From an uncultured Solirubrobacteraceae bacterium (lineage in GTDB: Bacteria; Actinomycetota; Thermoleophilia; Solirubrobacterales; Solirubrobacteraceae), in the NCBI GenBank assembly GCA_963810735.1, contig CAWEOR010000003.1, positions 295,928 through 359,927 of the forward strand: a DNA stretch of 64,000 nucleotides, read 5' to 3'. The position numbers and the translations under genes are program-made. The notes beneath the pieces are model-generated. The model made no database searches, was not told where the DNA came from, and saw only the letters and a list, made by a program, of their open reading frames with translations. Shown here piece by piece: positions 31,179-40,552 of the stretch (positions within the stretch are counted from its first letter, which is position 1; the number at the start of each line of letters is the position of its first letter).

Positions 31179-31687
31179 GCCGGCGCTCCGGCCGCCGCGC
31201 CGGCGAGCGCCGTCGCAAACGGCGCGCAGTTGACGTGGCACACGGCCACCGCCAGCGCATCCGCAGCGTGGTCTGGGTGCGGCTCCTCGGCCAGGCCCAA
31301 CAGCGCCTGCACCATCCTGGCCACCTGGTCCTTGTGTGCCCGTCCGCTGCCGCAGACGGCGGCCTTGACCTGTTGGGGCGTGTAGCCGGCGCATGGGAGC
31401 CCATGCTGGCCGGCGGCCAGGAGCACCACGCCACGTGCCTGCCCGACGGCGAACGCGGTGCGCACGTTCGCGCCGAAGTACAGCTCCTCGAGCGCGACGG
31501 CAGCGGGCTGGTGCTCGTCGAGCAGGGCGTCCACGGCGGCGTGGATCTCGGCCAGGCGCCGCTCGGGCGCGTGCCCGGCGCGCGTGGCGATCACACCGCC
31601 GTCGCGGGCGAGCAAGCGCCCGCGACGGCGCTCGACCACGCCGTAACCGGTGCTCGCGAGACCAGGGTCGATGCCGAGAACGATCAC
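31175..31687 (-). CDS. ruvC: Crossover junction endodeoxyribonuclease
   Basis: LGIDPG, VGQARGV, DHAADALAVA. Confidence 0.97.
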   Translation of the reverse strand: MIVLGIDPGLASTGYGVVERRRGRLLARDGGVIATRAGHAPERRLAEIHAAVDALLDEHQPAAVALEELYFGANVRTAFAVGQARGVVLLAAGQHGLPCAGYTPQQVKAAVCGSGRAHKDQVARMVQALLGLAEEPHPDHAADALAVAVCHVNCAPFATALAGAAAGAPA

Positions 31688-31759
31688 GGTCGGTGATTCT
31701 GCGCCCGCCGCCGGACGCCTGCCTGCCTGTGCCCGGCAGGTGCCCTAGGCTCAGAGCCG

Positions 31760-32900
31760 ATGGGGCCCGACGCGCGCTTGGAACGTGAGCCGATCGACTT
31801 TGCCGCCGAGGGCCTGCTCGACGGACTCGAGGGTCCCGCGCGCGCGGAGCGCGCGGCCCTGCTCGAGCAGCTGGCCGACGAAGGCGTGTCGCTGTCGGAG
31901 CTGCGCCGCTCGACGGGAGGCGGCACCATCGTGTACCTGGCGGCCGACCGCGTGATCGGAGGTCCCGAGCGTTTCACTGCGGGCGAGGTCGCCGAGCGCA
32001 CCGGTGTCTCGGAGGACTTCCTGCTGGCGGCGCGCCGCGCCATGGGCCTGCCGATCCCCGAGCCCGGTGAGGCCGTGTACACGGACGCGGAGATCGAGAC
32101 CGCGCGCATGACGCTCGTGGCGCACAACGCCGGCATCTCCGACGAGGACATGCTCGACCTGCTGCGCGTGCTCGGCCGCGGGCTCGGCCAGGCGGCCGAA
32201 AGCCTGCGGGCGCTGCCGCTCAAACTCGTGCTCGAGCCGGGGATGAGCGAGGCGGAGCTCGCCCGCAGCTATGCGGTCGGCGGTCGGCGCGCTGTATCCG
32301 CTGCTCGACCCGCTGGTCAGCAGCATGCTGGCGCTGCACCTGCGCCACGCGACCCAGAGCACCGTGGTCAACGAGCTCGAGCGCGTGGGCGGGCGCCTGC
32401 CCGGCTCGCGCGAGGTGGCCGTGTGCTTCGCCGATCTGGTGGGCTTCACCCGGCTCGGCGAGGAAGTCCCCCCGGACGCGCTGGGGAAGCTGGCGGTGCG
32501 CCTGGAAACGCTGGCCGCCGACGCCGCCCAGCCACCGGTCAGGTTGGTGAAGACGATCGGGGACGCGGCCATGCTGACGGCGCCCGATCCGAAGCCGCTG
32601 CTGGACGCGGCGCTGACGCTGATCGACGCCGCGGACGCCGCGGGCGAGGACTTCCCGCAGTTGCGCGCGGGCGTGGCCATGGGGCTGGCGCTGCCGCGCG
32701 CGGGCGACTGGTTCGGGCGCCCGGTCAACCTGGCCAGCCGTATCACCGGGGTGGCACGCCCCGGCAGCCTGCTGGTGGAGCGCGAGGTACGCGAGGCGGT
32801 CGCGGGGCCCTACCGCTGGTCCTACGCCGGCGAGCGACGCCTGAAGGGCATCCGCGAGCCGGTGCCGCTGTTTCGCGCGCGACACGCGGGGGTCAGCTGA
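31760..32900 (+). CDS. Class III adenylate cyclase with N-terminal regulatory domain; frameshift near 32275
   Basis: RRAMGLP regulatory region; FADLVGFT, VKTIGDAAM, DWFGRPVNLASR. Confidence 0.88.
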
Positions 32901-33648
32901 TGGTGAGACACGCGCGCCGACGCCGCCACGGCGCCTGCCCTGACGCCCACAGGTCGTTGAGCGCGACGGCGTCCTTGTAGGTGTCCATGCACTCCCAGAA
33001 GCCCTCGTGGCGCCGCGCCCGAAGCTCCCCGTCGGCGGCAAGGCGCTCCAACGGCGCACGCTCGAGCGCGCTGTCCGGTTCGAGGTAGTCGAGCACGCCG
33101 GCAGCGAAGCAGAAGAAGCCCCCGTTGATCCAGTGCTCGCTGGTGGGCTTCTCGCGAAAGCCCGTCACGCGCCCGTCGCCATCGAGCTCGGTGACCCCGA
33201 ACTGCAGCCGCGGGCGCACAACGGTCATGCTCGCGAGCGCTCCGTGGGCGCGGTGGAAGTCCAGCAGGGCGTCGAGGTCGATGTCCGCGAGACCGTCGGC
33301 GTAGGTGGCGCAGAACAGCTCGTCGTCATGCAGCCGCGGCGCGAGCGACTTCAGGCGCCCGCCCGTGGCCGTGTCGAGCCCGGTGTCCACGCATTCGACG
33401 CTCACGCCCTCCGGCCATGGGTGCGACTCCGCGAACCGCTCGATGAGCTCGCCGCGGTAGCCGGTGGCCAGCAGGAAGCGGCGGAAACCCTGTGCGAGGT
33501 AAAGCTCGATGACGTGCCCGACGATCGGCACGCCGCCGATCTCTACGAGCGGCTTGGGGATCGCGCGGGTGCCCTGCTGCAGCCGCGTGCCCCGCCCCCC
33601 GCAGAGGATCGCAACCGGCGGTCGCGCACCGGCCGGCTCGACGCGCAC
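32893..33648 (-). CDS. Glucose-1-phosphate cytidylyltransferase-like nucleotidyltransferase
   Basis: ILCGGRGTRL, PKPLVEIG, DTATGGRL, INGGFF, GFWECMDT; start approximate. Confidence 0.85.
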   Translation of the reverse strand: MRVEPAGARPPVAILCGGRGTRLQQGTRAIPKPLVEIGGVPIVGHVIELYLAQGFRRFLLATGYRGELIERFAESHPWPEGVSVECVDTGLDTATGGRLKSLAPRLHDDELFCATYADGLADIDLDALLDFHRAHGALASMTVVRPRLQFGVTELDGDGRVTGFREKPTSEHWINGGFFCFAAGVLDYLEPDSALERAPLERLAADGELRARRHEGFWECMDTYKDAVALNDLWASGQAPWRRRRACLTIS

Positions 33649-33733
33649 GCCTCGGGCGCCACCGCCAGGCGTCGTTGGGATCGAGAGGAGGGGCCGCCCC
33701 CTGCCCCCGGCATCCGGCCGGCTGCGCCACCCT

Positions 33734-34483
33734 CTAGCCGGCAACGCGTTCGAGCACGTCGGCGGACACGTCGAAGTTGGCGTGGACAGCGCTGACGTCG
33801 TCGCTGTCTTCGAGTGAGTCGATCAGGCGCATGAGCTTGCCGGCATGGCTCTCGTCGACCGGCACGAGGCTCGACGGACGGTAGGCGAGCTCGGCGCTCT
33901 CGATCTCCACGCCGGCGTCCTCGAGGGCCGCCCGCACGGCGGTGAAGTCGGCGGGCTCGGTGATCACCTCGAAGACGTCCTCGTCGGTGACGATGTCCTC
34001 GGCGCCGGCGTCGACGGCGAGCATCAACTCGTCTTCGGAGTAGCGCCCACCGTCGATGACGATCGTGCCCTTCTTGTCGAACAGGTAGGCGACCGAGCCG
34101 GGCTCGCCGAGGTTGCCGCCGTTCTTGGAGAAGGCGTGGCGCACGTCCGCGCCGGTGCGGTTGCGGTTGTCGGTGAGCGCCTCGATGAGCACGGCCACCC
34201 CACCCGGTCCGTAGCCCTCATAGAGCACGCTCTCGATCGCGTCGGCCTCGCCGCCCTCGCCGGTGCCCTTGGCGATGGCGCGCTCGATGTTGTCCTTGGG
34301 CATGGACGCTTCCTTGGCCTTGCGGATGGCCAGGTCGAGCGCGGGGTTGCCGATGGGATCGCCGCCGCCATCACGCGCGGCGACGGTGATTGCGCGCGTG
34401 AGCTTGGAGAACTGCGCACCGCGGCGCGAGTCGACGATCGCCTTCTTGTGCTTGATGCTCGCCCACTTGGAATGCCCGGACAC
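33734..34483 (-). CDS. yebC: YebC/PmpR family protein
   Basis: SGHSKWASIKHKK, YEGYGPGG, TDNRNRT. Confidence 0.97.
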   Translation of the reverse strand: MSGHSKWASIKHKKAIVDSRRGAQFSKLTRAITVAARDGGGDPIGNPALDLAIRKAKEASMPKDNIERAIAKGTGEGGEADAIESVLYEGYGPGGVAVLIEALTDNRNRTGADVRHAFSKNGGNLGEPGSVAYLFDKKGTIVIDGGRYSEDELMLAVDAGAEDIVTDEDVFEVITEPADFTAVRAALEDAGVEIESAELAYRPSSLVPVDESHAGKLMRLIDSLEDSDDVSAVHANFDVSADVLERVAG

Positions 34484-34716
34484 ACGCACAGTCTACGAAT
34501 CCGTCCGCCGCCGCGGCCCCTCGAAATCGCCGCTGGGGACCTCGTGGGACTGGACACGCCAACGGGGATCGGCGCACCCGCGAGCTGCCACGCGCCCCAC
34601 CGCGCCGCCGCGATCGCCCTGTCCGTGTAACTTTGACGCGGTTCCGGCCGGAAAATTGCAGGCGCCACGCACGGCTCCGCGGCTTGCGGCCACTTATCCC
34701 AGAGGGGGAGGCAAGG

Positions 34717-37155
34717 ATGACGCTGCGAGCGACGCGCTCGATTCATGGATGGAAGTGGCACGCGACGCTCGTGCTGGTGATGGCGGCCGTGTACAGCGCG
34801 ATCGCGCTCGCGCACGCCGGCGCGGCGCTGGCGAACCCTTTGGGCGAAGTGACCGAATTCAGGGCCGGGATCGACGAAGGCGAAACGGAGGGGATCACGC
34901 TGGGCGCCGAAGGCAACCTGTGGTTTACCCAGCACGCCCAGAGCAGGAGCGGCCAGGTCGGGCGCATCACCCCGGAAGGCGACATCACCGAGTTTGAAGC
35001 CGGGCTCACGGACTTCCCCGCCGAGAGCGGGATCACGACCGGAAGCGAAGGCGACCTGTGGTTCGCCAACCTCAGCGGACAGGGCATCGGGCAGATCACG
35101 CCGACGGGCGAAACGACCGCGTTCCCGATCGAGGGCGGCGAACCCGAGTTCGTGGGCATCACGACGGGCGACGAAGGCGACCTCTGGTTCACCCAGGACA
35201 GCGTCGCGCAGATCTGGCAGATGTCACCGGGCGGCGCAGCGACACGTATCGGCACCGGGACCTCGTGGACCACGCCCGACTACGACACCCAGGGCATCAC
35301 CACGGGCGCCGAAGGCGACATCTGGTTCACCGAGTTCAGCGCCCACGCGATCGGACGGGCCACCCCGAGCGGCACCGTCACGCAGTTCAAGAACGGGATT
35401 CCGTCCGGGGCCGAGCCGACGGCGATCGCGCTCGGACACGAAGGCGACCTCTGGTTCACGCTGGACGACAGCAATTCGGAGATCGGGCGGATCACGCCAC
35501 AGGGCAATGTGACGCTGTTCAGCACCGGGAGTAAATCGGGCCTGCCCGACGGGATCGCGGCGGGGCCCGAAGGCGATATGTGGTTCACCGAACCGGAAAG
35601 CAGCAAGATCGGCAGGATCACACCGAGCGGCGAAACGGAGGAGTTCCAGGTTGGGAACCCCGAGAACGGGAGCAAAACCCCGCTGGCGATCACGGCCGGG
35701 GCAGAAGGCAACATGTGGTTCACCGAGGGTGAAAGCAACCAGATCGGGCGCATCGGGACGGGCAACGGCGGTGATCGTCCGAGGGTGACCGAGCTCACGC
35801 CCGCGAGCGGCTCCGCCGAAGGCGGCACGGAAGTGACGATCACCGGCCTCAACCTCGAAGACCCGACCGCGGTCGACTTCGGCACGACGGCGGCGCTCGA
35901 AACGAAACCCGGGTCGGCGGGCACGATTGTCGCAATCGCGCCGCCGGGCACCGCCGGGAAGACGGTCAACGTGACCGTGAGCACCGCTGACGGCACCAGC
36001 GTGATCAGCGGCGCCGATCGCTTCAAGTACCTCGCCGACCCGCTCAAGCTGGGGCCGAAATCGCTCAAGCCGGCGACCGCCGGCGTCCCGTACTCGGACA
36101 CGCTGCACGGCGCGGGAGGCACCGAACCGTACACCTACGAGCTCGTCTCCGGCACGCTTCCCGCGGGCATCGAACTGAGCCCGAGCGGTACGCTGACCGG
36201 CACGCCCGAAGAAGCGGGGGCGAGCACGTTCACGATCAGGGTGACCGACTCCTCGGACCCCGCCCTGACCGCCACCGCGCGGTACACGCTGGAAACGCAG
36301 CTCGACATCACCCCCACCTCGCTCGGGCGGCTGACCGCCGGCACGCCGGTGTCGAAGACGTTCACGGTCTCCGGCGGCACGGCGCCGTACACCCTGTCGC
36401 TGCTCGACCTGAACACCGTGCCGGGGCTCGAATTCTCCTTCGACCAGGGCACGGACGAAGGACTGCTGAGCGGCACGCCCACGACCGCCGGCACCTACAC
36501 GGTGACCGCCCAGGCAGACGACTCGGCCGACCCGCAGCAGGGTGGCACGCACGCGTTCAAAGTGAAGGTCAGCCTCGGCGTCGAGCCGGCGTCGCTCGCC
36601 GGCGGCGATGTGGGCGCACCCTACGAAGCCACGCTCGAAGTGATCGGCGGGTCGGGCTCCTACAGCTTCGCGGTCAGCGAAGGCACGCTGCCGAAGGGCC
36701 TCGAACTGGACGTCGCGAGCGGCACGATCTCCGGCACGCCGACAGAAGCCGGCAAAAGCAAGTTCACGATCGCCGTCACAGACCTCGTCACGGGCATCAC
36801 CGCGACGGTCAACTACCACGTGACGGTCACCGGAAGCCCGTTCCCGGCGCGGACGTTCGAGTTCCACGAGACGAGCGGCGGTGACCCGTTCGACACCGAC
36901 GAAATCGCCTTCACGCTGACCCGCAACCACGGTGGCCTGCTCTCGGGCGCGATGGAGGACAGCGACAAGTCGGTTGGCAGCTGGTCCTACAACCCCACCG
37001 ATCACGCGATCGAGATCCACTGGGTCGAAGGGACCATCTTCGAACCCCACCAGAGCGCCGGCGAACTGTTCACGGGCACCTGCGAACCGGTCGCCGGAAC
37101 GTGCGCGGGCGTGGGTGCCCTCGACGAGCACGAATTCACGCTGGGCCCGCCGTGA
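34717..37155 (+). CDS. Secreted protein: Vgb-like 7-blade propeller, IPT/TIG domain, three putative-Ig domains, C-terminal domain
   Basis: Signal peptide; seven GxEG(N/D)(L/I/M)WF repeats; PASGSAEGGTEVTITG; GGxxPY / LPxGLxL repeats. Confidence 0.85.
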   Translation: MTLRATRSIHGWKWHATLVLVMAAVYSAIALAHAGAALANPLGEVTEFRAGIDEGETEGITLGAEGNLWFTQHAQSRSGQVGRITPEGDITEFEAGLTDFPAESGITTGSEGDLWFANLSGQGIGQITPTGETTAFPIEGGEPEFVGITTGDEGDLWFTQDSVAQIWQMSPGGAATRIGTGTSWTTPDYDTQGITTGAEGDIWFTEFSAHAIGRATPSGTVTQFKNGIPSGAEPTAIALGHEGDLWFTLDDSNSEIGRITPQGNVTLFSTGSKSGLPDGIAAGPEGDMWFTEPESSKIGRITPSGETEEFQVGNPENGSKTPLAITAGAEGNMWFTEGESNQIGRIGTGNGGDRPRVTELTPASGSAEGGTEVTITGLNLEDPTAVDFGTTAALETKPGSAGTIVAIAPPGTAGKTVNVTVSTADGTSVISGADRFKYLADPLKLGPKSLKPATAGVPYSDTLHGAGGTEPYTYELVSGTLPAGIELSPSGTLTGTPEEAGASTFTIRVTDSSDPALTATARYTLETQLDITPTSLGRLTAGTPVSKTFTVSGGTAPYTLSLLDLNTVPGLEFSFDQGTDEGLLSGTPTTAGTYTVTAQADDSADPQQGGTHAFKVKVSLGVEPASLAGGDVGAPYEATLEVIGGSGSYSFAVSEGTLPKGLELDVASGTISGTPTEAGKSKFTIAVTDLVTGITATVNYHVTVTGSPFPARTFEFHETSGGDPFDTDEIAFTLTRNHGGLLSGAMEDSDKSVGSWSYNPTDHAIEIHWVEGTIFEPHQSAGELFTGTCEPVAGTCAGVGALDEHEFTLGPP

Positions 37156-37284
37156 GGGCGGCGCCGAGCGTGTCCGCGTAGCGAGCCCCGCCACGCACCG
37201 CGAGCCGGGAGCGCGGCGCGGGGCGCCGGTTGCGCGCGCACGGGCCGGCCGGGTGCGCACGCGGCGACATAGGATGCCCAGGCG

Positions 37285-38718
37285 ATGAGCTCCACGGCCA
37301 CGCCCGACATCTTCAAGGCGTACGACATCCGCGGCCTCTACGGCGAGCAGATCGACGGCGATCTGGCGGAGCGGATCGGCCGCGCGTTCGCGCGCGTGCT
37401 CGCGCGCCTGGCGGGCAAGCCGGTGGACGAGCTGCGCGTGGGTCTCGGCCGCGACATGCGCCTCAGCGCCCCCGAGCTGGCCGCGCGCTACCGGGACGGT
37501 CTCACGGGAGTCGGAGCGCACGTGATCGACGCCGGCCAGGTGGGCAGCGAGATGCTGTACTTCCTGGTCGGCTCGCGCGAGCTCGACGGCGGGCTGATGT
37601 GCACCGCCTCGCACAACCCCAAGGCCTATACGGGCGCGAAGCTCGTGCGTGAGGGGGCGATCGCGCTGTCGGGCGAGGAAGGCATCCAGGACATCCGCCG
37701 CGAGATCGAGGCCGAACTGGGCGACGCAGGGGCGGCGCCGGCGCTCGGAACGCCGGGCACGGGCAGCGTGGAGCAGGTCGAGCTCTATGAGGAGTTTCAG
37801 GCGGCCGCGCTCGCCTTCATCGACGCCGAGGCGATCCGCGCTCGCAGCGCGGGGCCTTTGAAGGTGGTGGTGGACGGCGGCAACGGCATGGCCGGGCCGA
37901 TGGTGGGTCCGTTGCTCGAAGGCCTCGGCCTCGAGCTGATGGAGACCTACTGGACGCCCGACGGAAGCTTCCCCGACCACGAGCCCAACCCACTGCTGCA
38001 GGAGAACAGGCGCTTCATCGTGGAGCAGGTGCGCGGCAGCGGCGCCGATCTGGGCATCGCCTGGGACGGCGACGCCGATCGCTGCTTCTTCATCGACGAC
38101 ACGGGCGCGTTCGTTGACGGGGACTTCATGACGGCGCTGCTGGCGGAGTCGCTGCTGCGCAAGCGGACCGATTCCCCGCGCCCGGAGGCGATCCTGTACG
38201 ACGTGCGCGCCTCGCGCGCGGTGGCTGACACGGTCAGGCGGGCGGGCGGGATCCCGTACATGAACCGCGTGGGCCATGCGTTCTTCAAGACGCGCATGCG
38301 CAAGGAGGGCTCGCTGTTCGGCGGGGAGGTCTCCGGCCACTACTACTTCCGCGACTTCTACTGCGCGGACTCGGGCACGCTGCCGGCGCTGCTGGTGCTG
38401 GAGCTGCTGTGCAAGCAGGGCGCACGCATGTCGGAGCTGTTGGCGCCCTATCGCGAGCACTACTTCATCTCCGGGGAGATCAACTCCGAGGTGGCGGACC
38501 AGGAGGCGAAGATGCAGGAGATCGCGGCGCGCTACGCCGATGCCCGCCAGGAGCGCATGGACGGGATCTCGATCGACTACGACGACTGGCACTTCAACGT
38601 GCGCGCGTCGAACACCGAGCCGCTGCTGCGCCTGTGCCTGGAGTCGCTGGTCTCGCGCGAGGACATGGAACGCAGGCGCGACGAGGTGCTGGCGCTGATC
38701 CGCTCGCCCGCGTCGTGA
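37285..38718 (+). CDS. manB: Phosphomannomutase/phosphoglucomutase
   Basis: FKAYDIRG, TASHNP, DGDADR, GEVSGH, RASNTEP. Confidence 0.93.
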   Translation: MSSTATPDIFKAYDIRGLYGEQIDGDLAERIGRAFARVLARLAGKPVDELRVGLGRDMRLSAPELAARYRDGLTGVGAHVIDAGQVGSEMLYFLVGSRELDGGLMCTASHNPKAYTGAKLVREGAIALSGEEGIQDIRREIEAELGDAGAAPALGTPGTGSVEQVELYEEFQAAALAFIDAEAIRARSAGPLKVVVDGGNGMAGPMVGPLLEGLGLELMETYWTPDGSFPDHEPNPLLQENRRFIVEQVRGSGADLGIAWDGDADRCFFIDDTGAFVDGDFMTALLAESLLRKRTDSPRPEAILYDVRASRAVADTVRRAGGIPYMNRVGHAFFKTRMRKEGSLFGGEVSGHYYFRDFYCADSGTLPALLVLELLCKQGARMSELLAPYREHYFISGEINSEVADQEAKMQEIAARYADARQERMDGISIDYDDWHFNVRASNTEPLLRLCLESLVSREDMERRRDEVLALIRSPAS

Positions 38719-39782
38719 GCGACGGCGAGCCCCCCGCGGGCGAGCTGCGGGCGCGCGAGCGCGAAGAGCGCGAGGCCGAGCTGGCGCTGGCGGTGGCGGC
38801 GCAGGCCGGCATCCACCGCCTGGCGATCCCCACGCCGTTCATGGTGGGACGCGTGAACGCGTATCTGATCGAGGACTCGCCGCTGACGCTGGTGGACTCG
38901 GGCCCGAACTCGGCGAAGGCGCTGGACGAGCTCGAGCAGGCGCTGGCGGCACGCGGGCACAGGGTCGAGGACATCGAGCTGCTGGTGATCACCCACCAGC
39001 ACATCGACCACTTCGGCCTGGCGGCGATCCTGGCGCGCCGCTCGGGCGCGGAGGTGGCGGCGCTGGACGCGCTCGCCCCGTTCCTCGCCAGCTACGGCCA
39101 GGAGGCCGAGCTCGACGACCTGTTCGCGGAGCGGCTGATGCTGCGCCACGGCATCCCGCCGGAAGTGGTGACGGTGCTGCGCGCGGTGTCGGCGGGCTTT
39201 CGCGCGTGGGGCTCGGCGGTAGAGGTGACGCGCCCGCTGGCGGACGGCAGCGCGCTCGAGCTGGGGGATCGCACCCTGCGTGTGCTCCATCGCCCCGGCC
39301 ACAGCCCGTCTGACACGGTGCTCGTGGACGAGTCGCGAGCGATCATGCTGGCGGCCGATCACCTGATCGCGCACATCTCCTCGAACCCGCTGCTGGCGCG
39401 CCCGTTGGGAGCGAGCAGCCAGACGGCATACGACGGTCCACGCCCGCAGGCGCTGTTGACGTACATCGACTCGCTCGAGAAGACGCGGGCGATGGAGCTC
39501 TCGCTGGTGCTGCCCGGGCACGGCCGCCCGATCACAGACCACGCCCGGCTGATCGACGAGCGCTTTCGCCTGCACCGCCGCCGGGCAGAGAAGATCGGTC
39601 GTCTGATCGCCGCCGAGCCGCGTACCGCCCACGAGATCGCGCAGGAGCTGTGGGGCAACGTGGCCGTCACCCAGGCGTTCCTCACGCTGTCAGAGGTGCT
39701 CGGGCATGTCGATCTGCTGTTGCGCGACGGAACGGTCGAAGAAGAAGAGAGGGATGGCGTGGTGCGCTTCGGGGCGGCCTGA
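38715..39782 (+). CDS. MBL-fold metallo-hydrolase
   Basis: THQHIDH, PGHS, ADH, PGHG. Confidence 0.9.
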   Translation: MSDGEPPAGELRAREREEREAELALAVAAQAGIHRLAIPTPFMVGRVNAYLIEDSPLTLVDSGPNSAKALDELEQALAARGHRVEDIELLVITHQHIDHFGLAAILARRSGAEVAALDALAPFLASYGQEAELDDLFAERLMLRHGIPPEVVTVLRAVSAGFRAWGSAVEVTRPLADGSALELGDRTLRVLHRPGHSPSDTVLVDESRAIMLAADHLIAHISSNPLLARPLGASSQTAYDGPRPQALLTYIDSLEKTRAMELSLVLPGHGRPITDHARLIDERFRLHRRRAEKIGRLIAAEPRTAHEIAQELWGNVAVTQAFLTLSEVLGHVDLLLRDGTVEEEERDGVVRFGAA

Positions 39783-39918
39783 GAGGGCGAGCCCGCCGGC
39801 GGGGATCCGCGCGTAGCGCTGCGGGGAGAGTGCTGGCCGGGCGGCGATGTCTTCTGCGATCATGCGCTCGTCGCGGCAGACGCCCGTCGTCCGCAACCCG
39901 AGCAAGGGAGAGAGCGCG

Positions 39919-40503
39919 ATGGACCGCATTCGCAAGCTCAGCCTGGTCGCAGCCGTGTTGACGCTCTCGGCGATGTCGGCGAGTAGCGCTTTCGCCTCAC
40001 CGAAGATCCTCAACGTCTCCGATCCCCAGCACGCCTCGGTCGAGCCGCCGGCGCCGGGCCAGTTCGAGGGCTTCAACGGGATCGACTTCTTCTTCCCAAC
40101 GCTGCACGAGACCTTCAGCTGCGACGGCGTGCTGAGTGCCGAAATCCAGATCAACGATCAGCGCACCGACGAATTCCGCGCCAGCGCGCTCTCGCTGTTC
40201 GAAAACGGCGAAGAAGAAACCTGCTTCGGCGAACACGTGACCGTGCTCGGTGCCCCCTGGAAGCTCGAGTTGGGGGTGAACGGGAAGGGATCGCTGGTGG
40301 GGAACGTGATGCTGGCGTTCAACTGCGGCACGTACAGCAGCGAACACGTGAAGGCCACGGACACGCTCAACGGACCGCTTGAAATCACGCTGTCGGGCAC
40401 GTTCAAGACGACGTCCCGTGCGTGCCCGAAGAAGCTGGTCATGACGACGACGGAGATGCCCGGGGACGACAAACCGGGGAACCTCTCAGACCAAGTCGAG
40501 TGA
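39919..40503 (+). CDS. Secreted hypothetical protein with four Cys
   Basis: Signal peptide MDRIRKLSLVAAVLTLSAMSASSAFA; purine-rich SD. Confidence 0.75.
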   Translation: MDRIRKLSLVAAVLTLSAMSASSAFASPKILNVSDPQHASVEPPAPGQFEGFNGIDFFFPTLHETFSCDGVLSAEIQINDQRTDEFRASALSLFENGEEETCFGEHVTVLGAPWKLELGVNGKGSLVGNVMLAFNCGTYSSEHVKATDTLNGPLEITLSGTFKTTSRACPKKLVMTTTEMPGDDKPGNLSDQVE

Positions 40504-40552
40504 GACCTGTTCCGGGGCTCGACTCGACCAAATCGAACGAAACCCCGAAGCC

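Noticed and set aside
32273-32286. GCGGTCG tandem duplication at the cyclase frameshift as a phase-variation switch
   Set aside because: There are only two copies, and removing a single G restores a plausible protein, so assembly error is simpler.
34880-35760. Periodic DNA repeats (GAAGGCGACCTCTGGTTC-like) as a CRISPR or other array
   Set aside because: They are degenerate, in frame, and explained by propeller-blade coding.
34717-35760. Streptogramin resistance gene vgb
   Set aside because: The protein is secreted and multidomain; only the repeat fold is shared.
35224-38592. Long antisense ORFs (1122 aa here; also 10559..12607, 26704..28959, 44039..46258)
   Set aside because: These are shadow ORFs of high-GC coding strands with no recognisable motifs.
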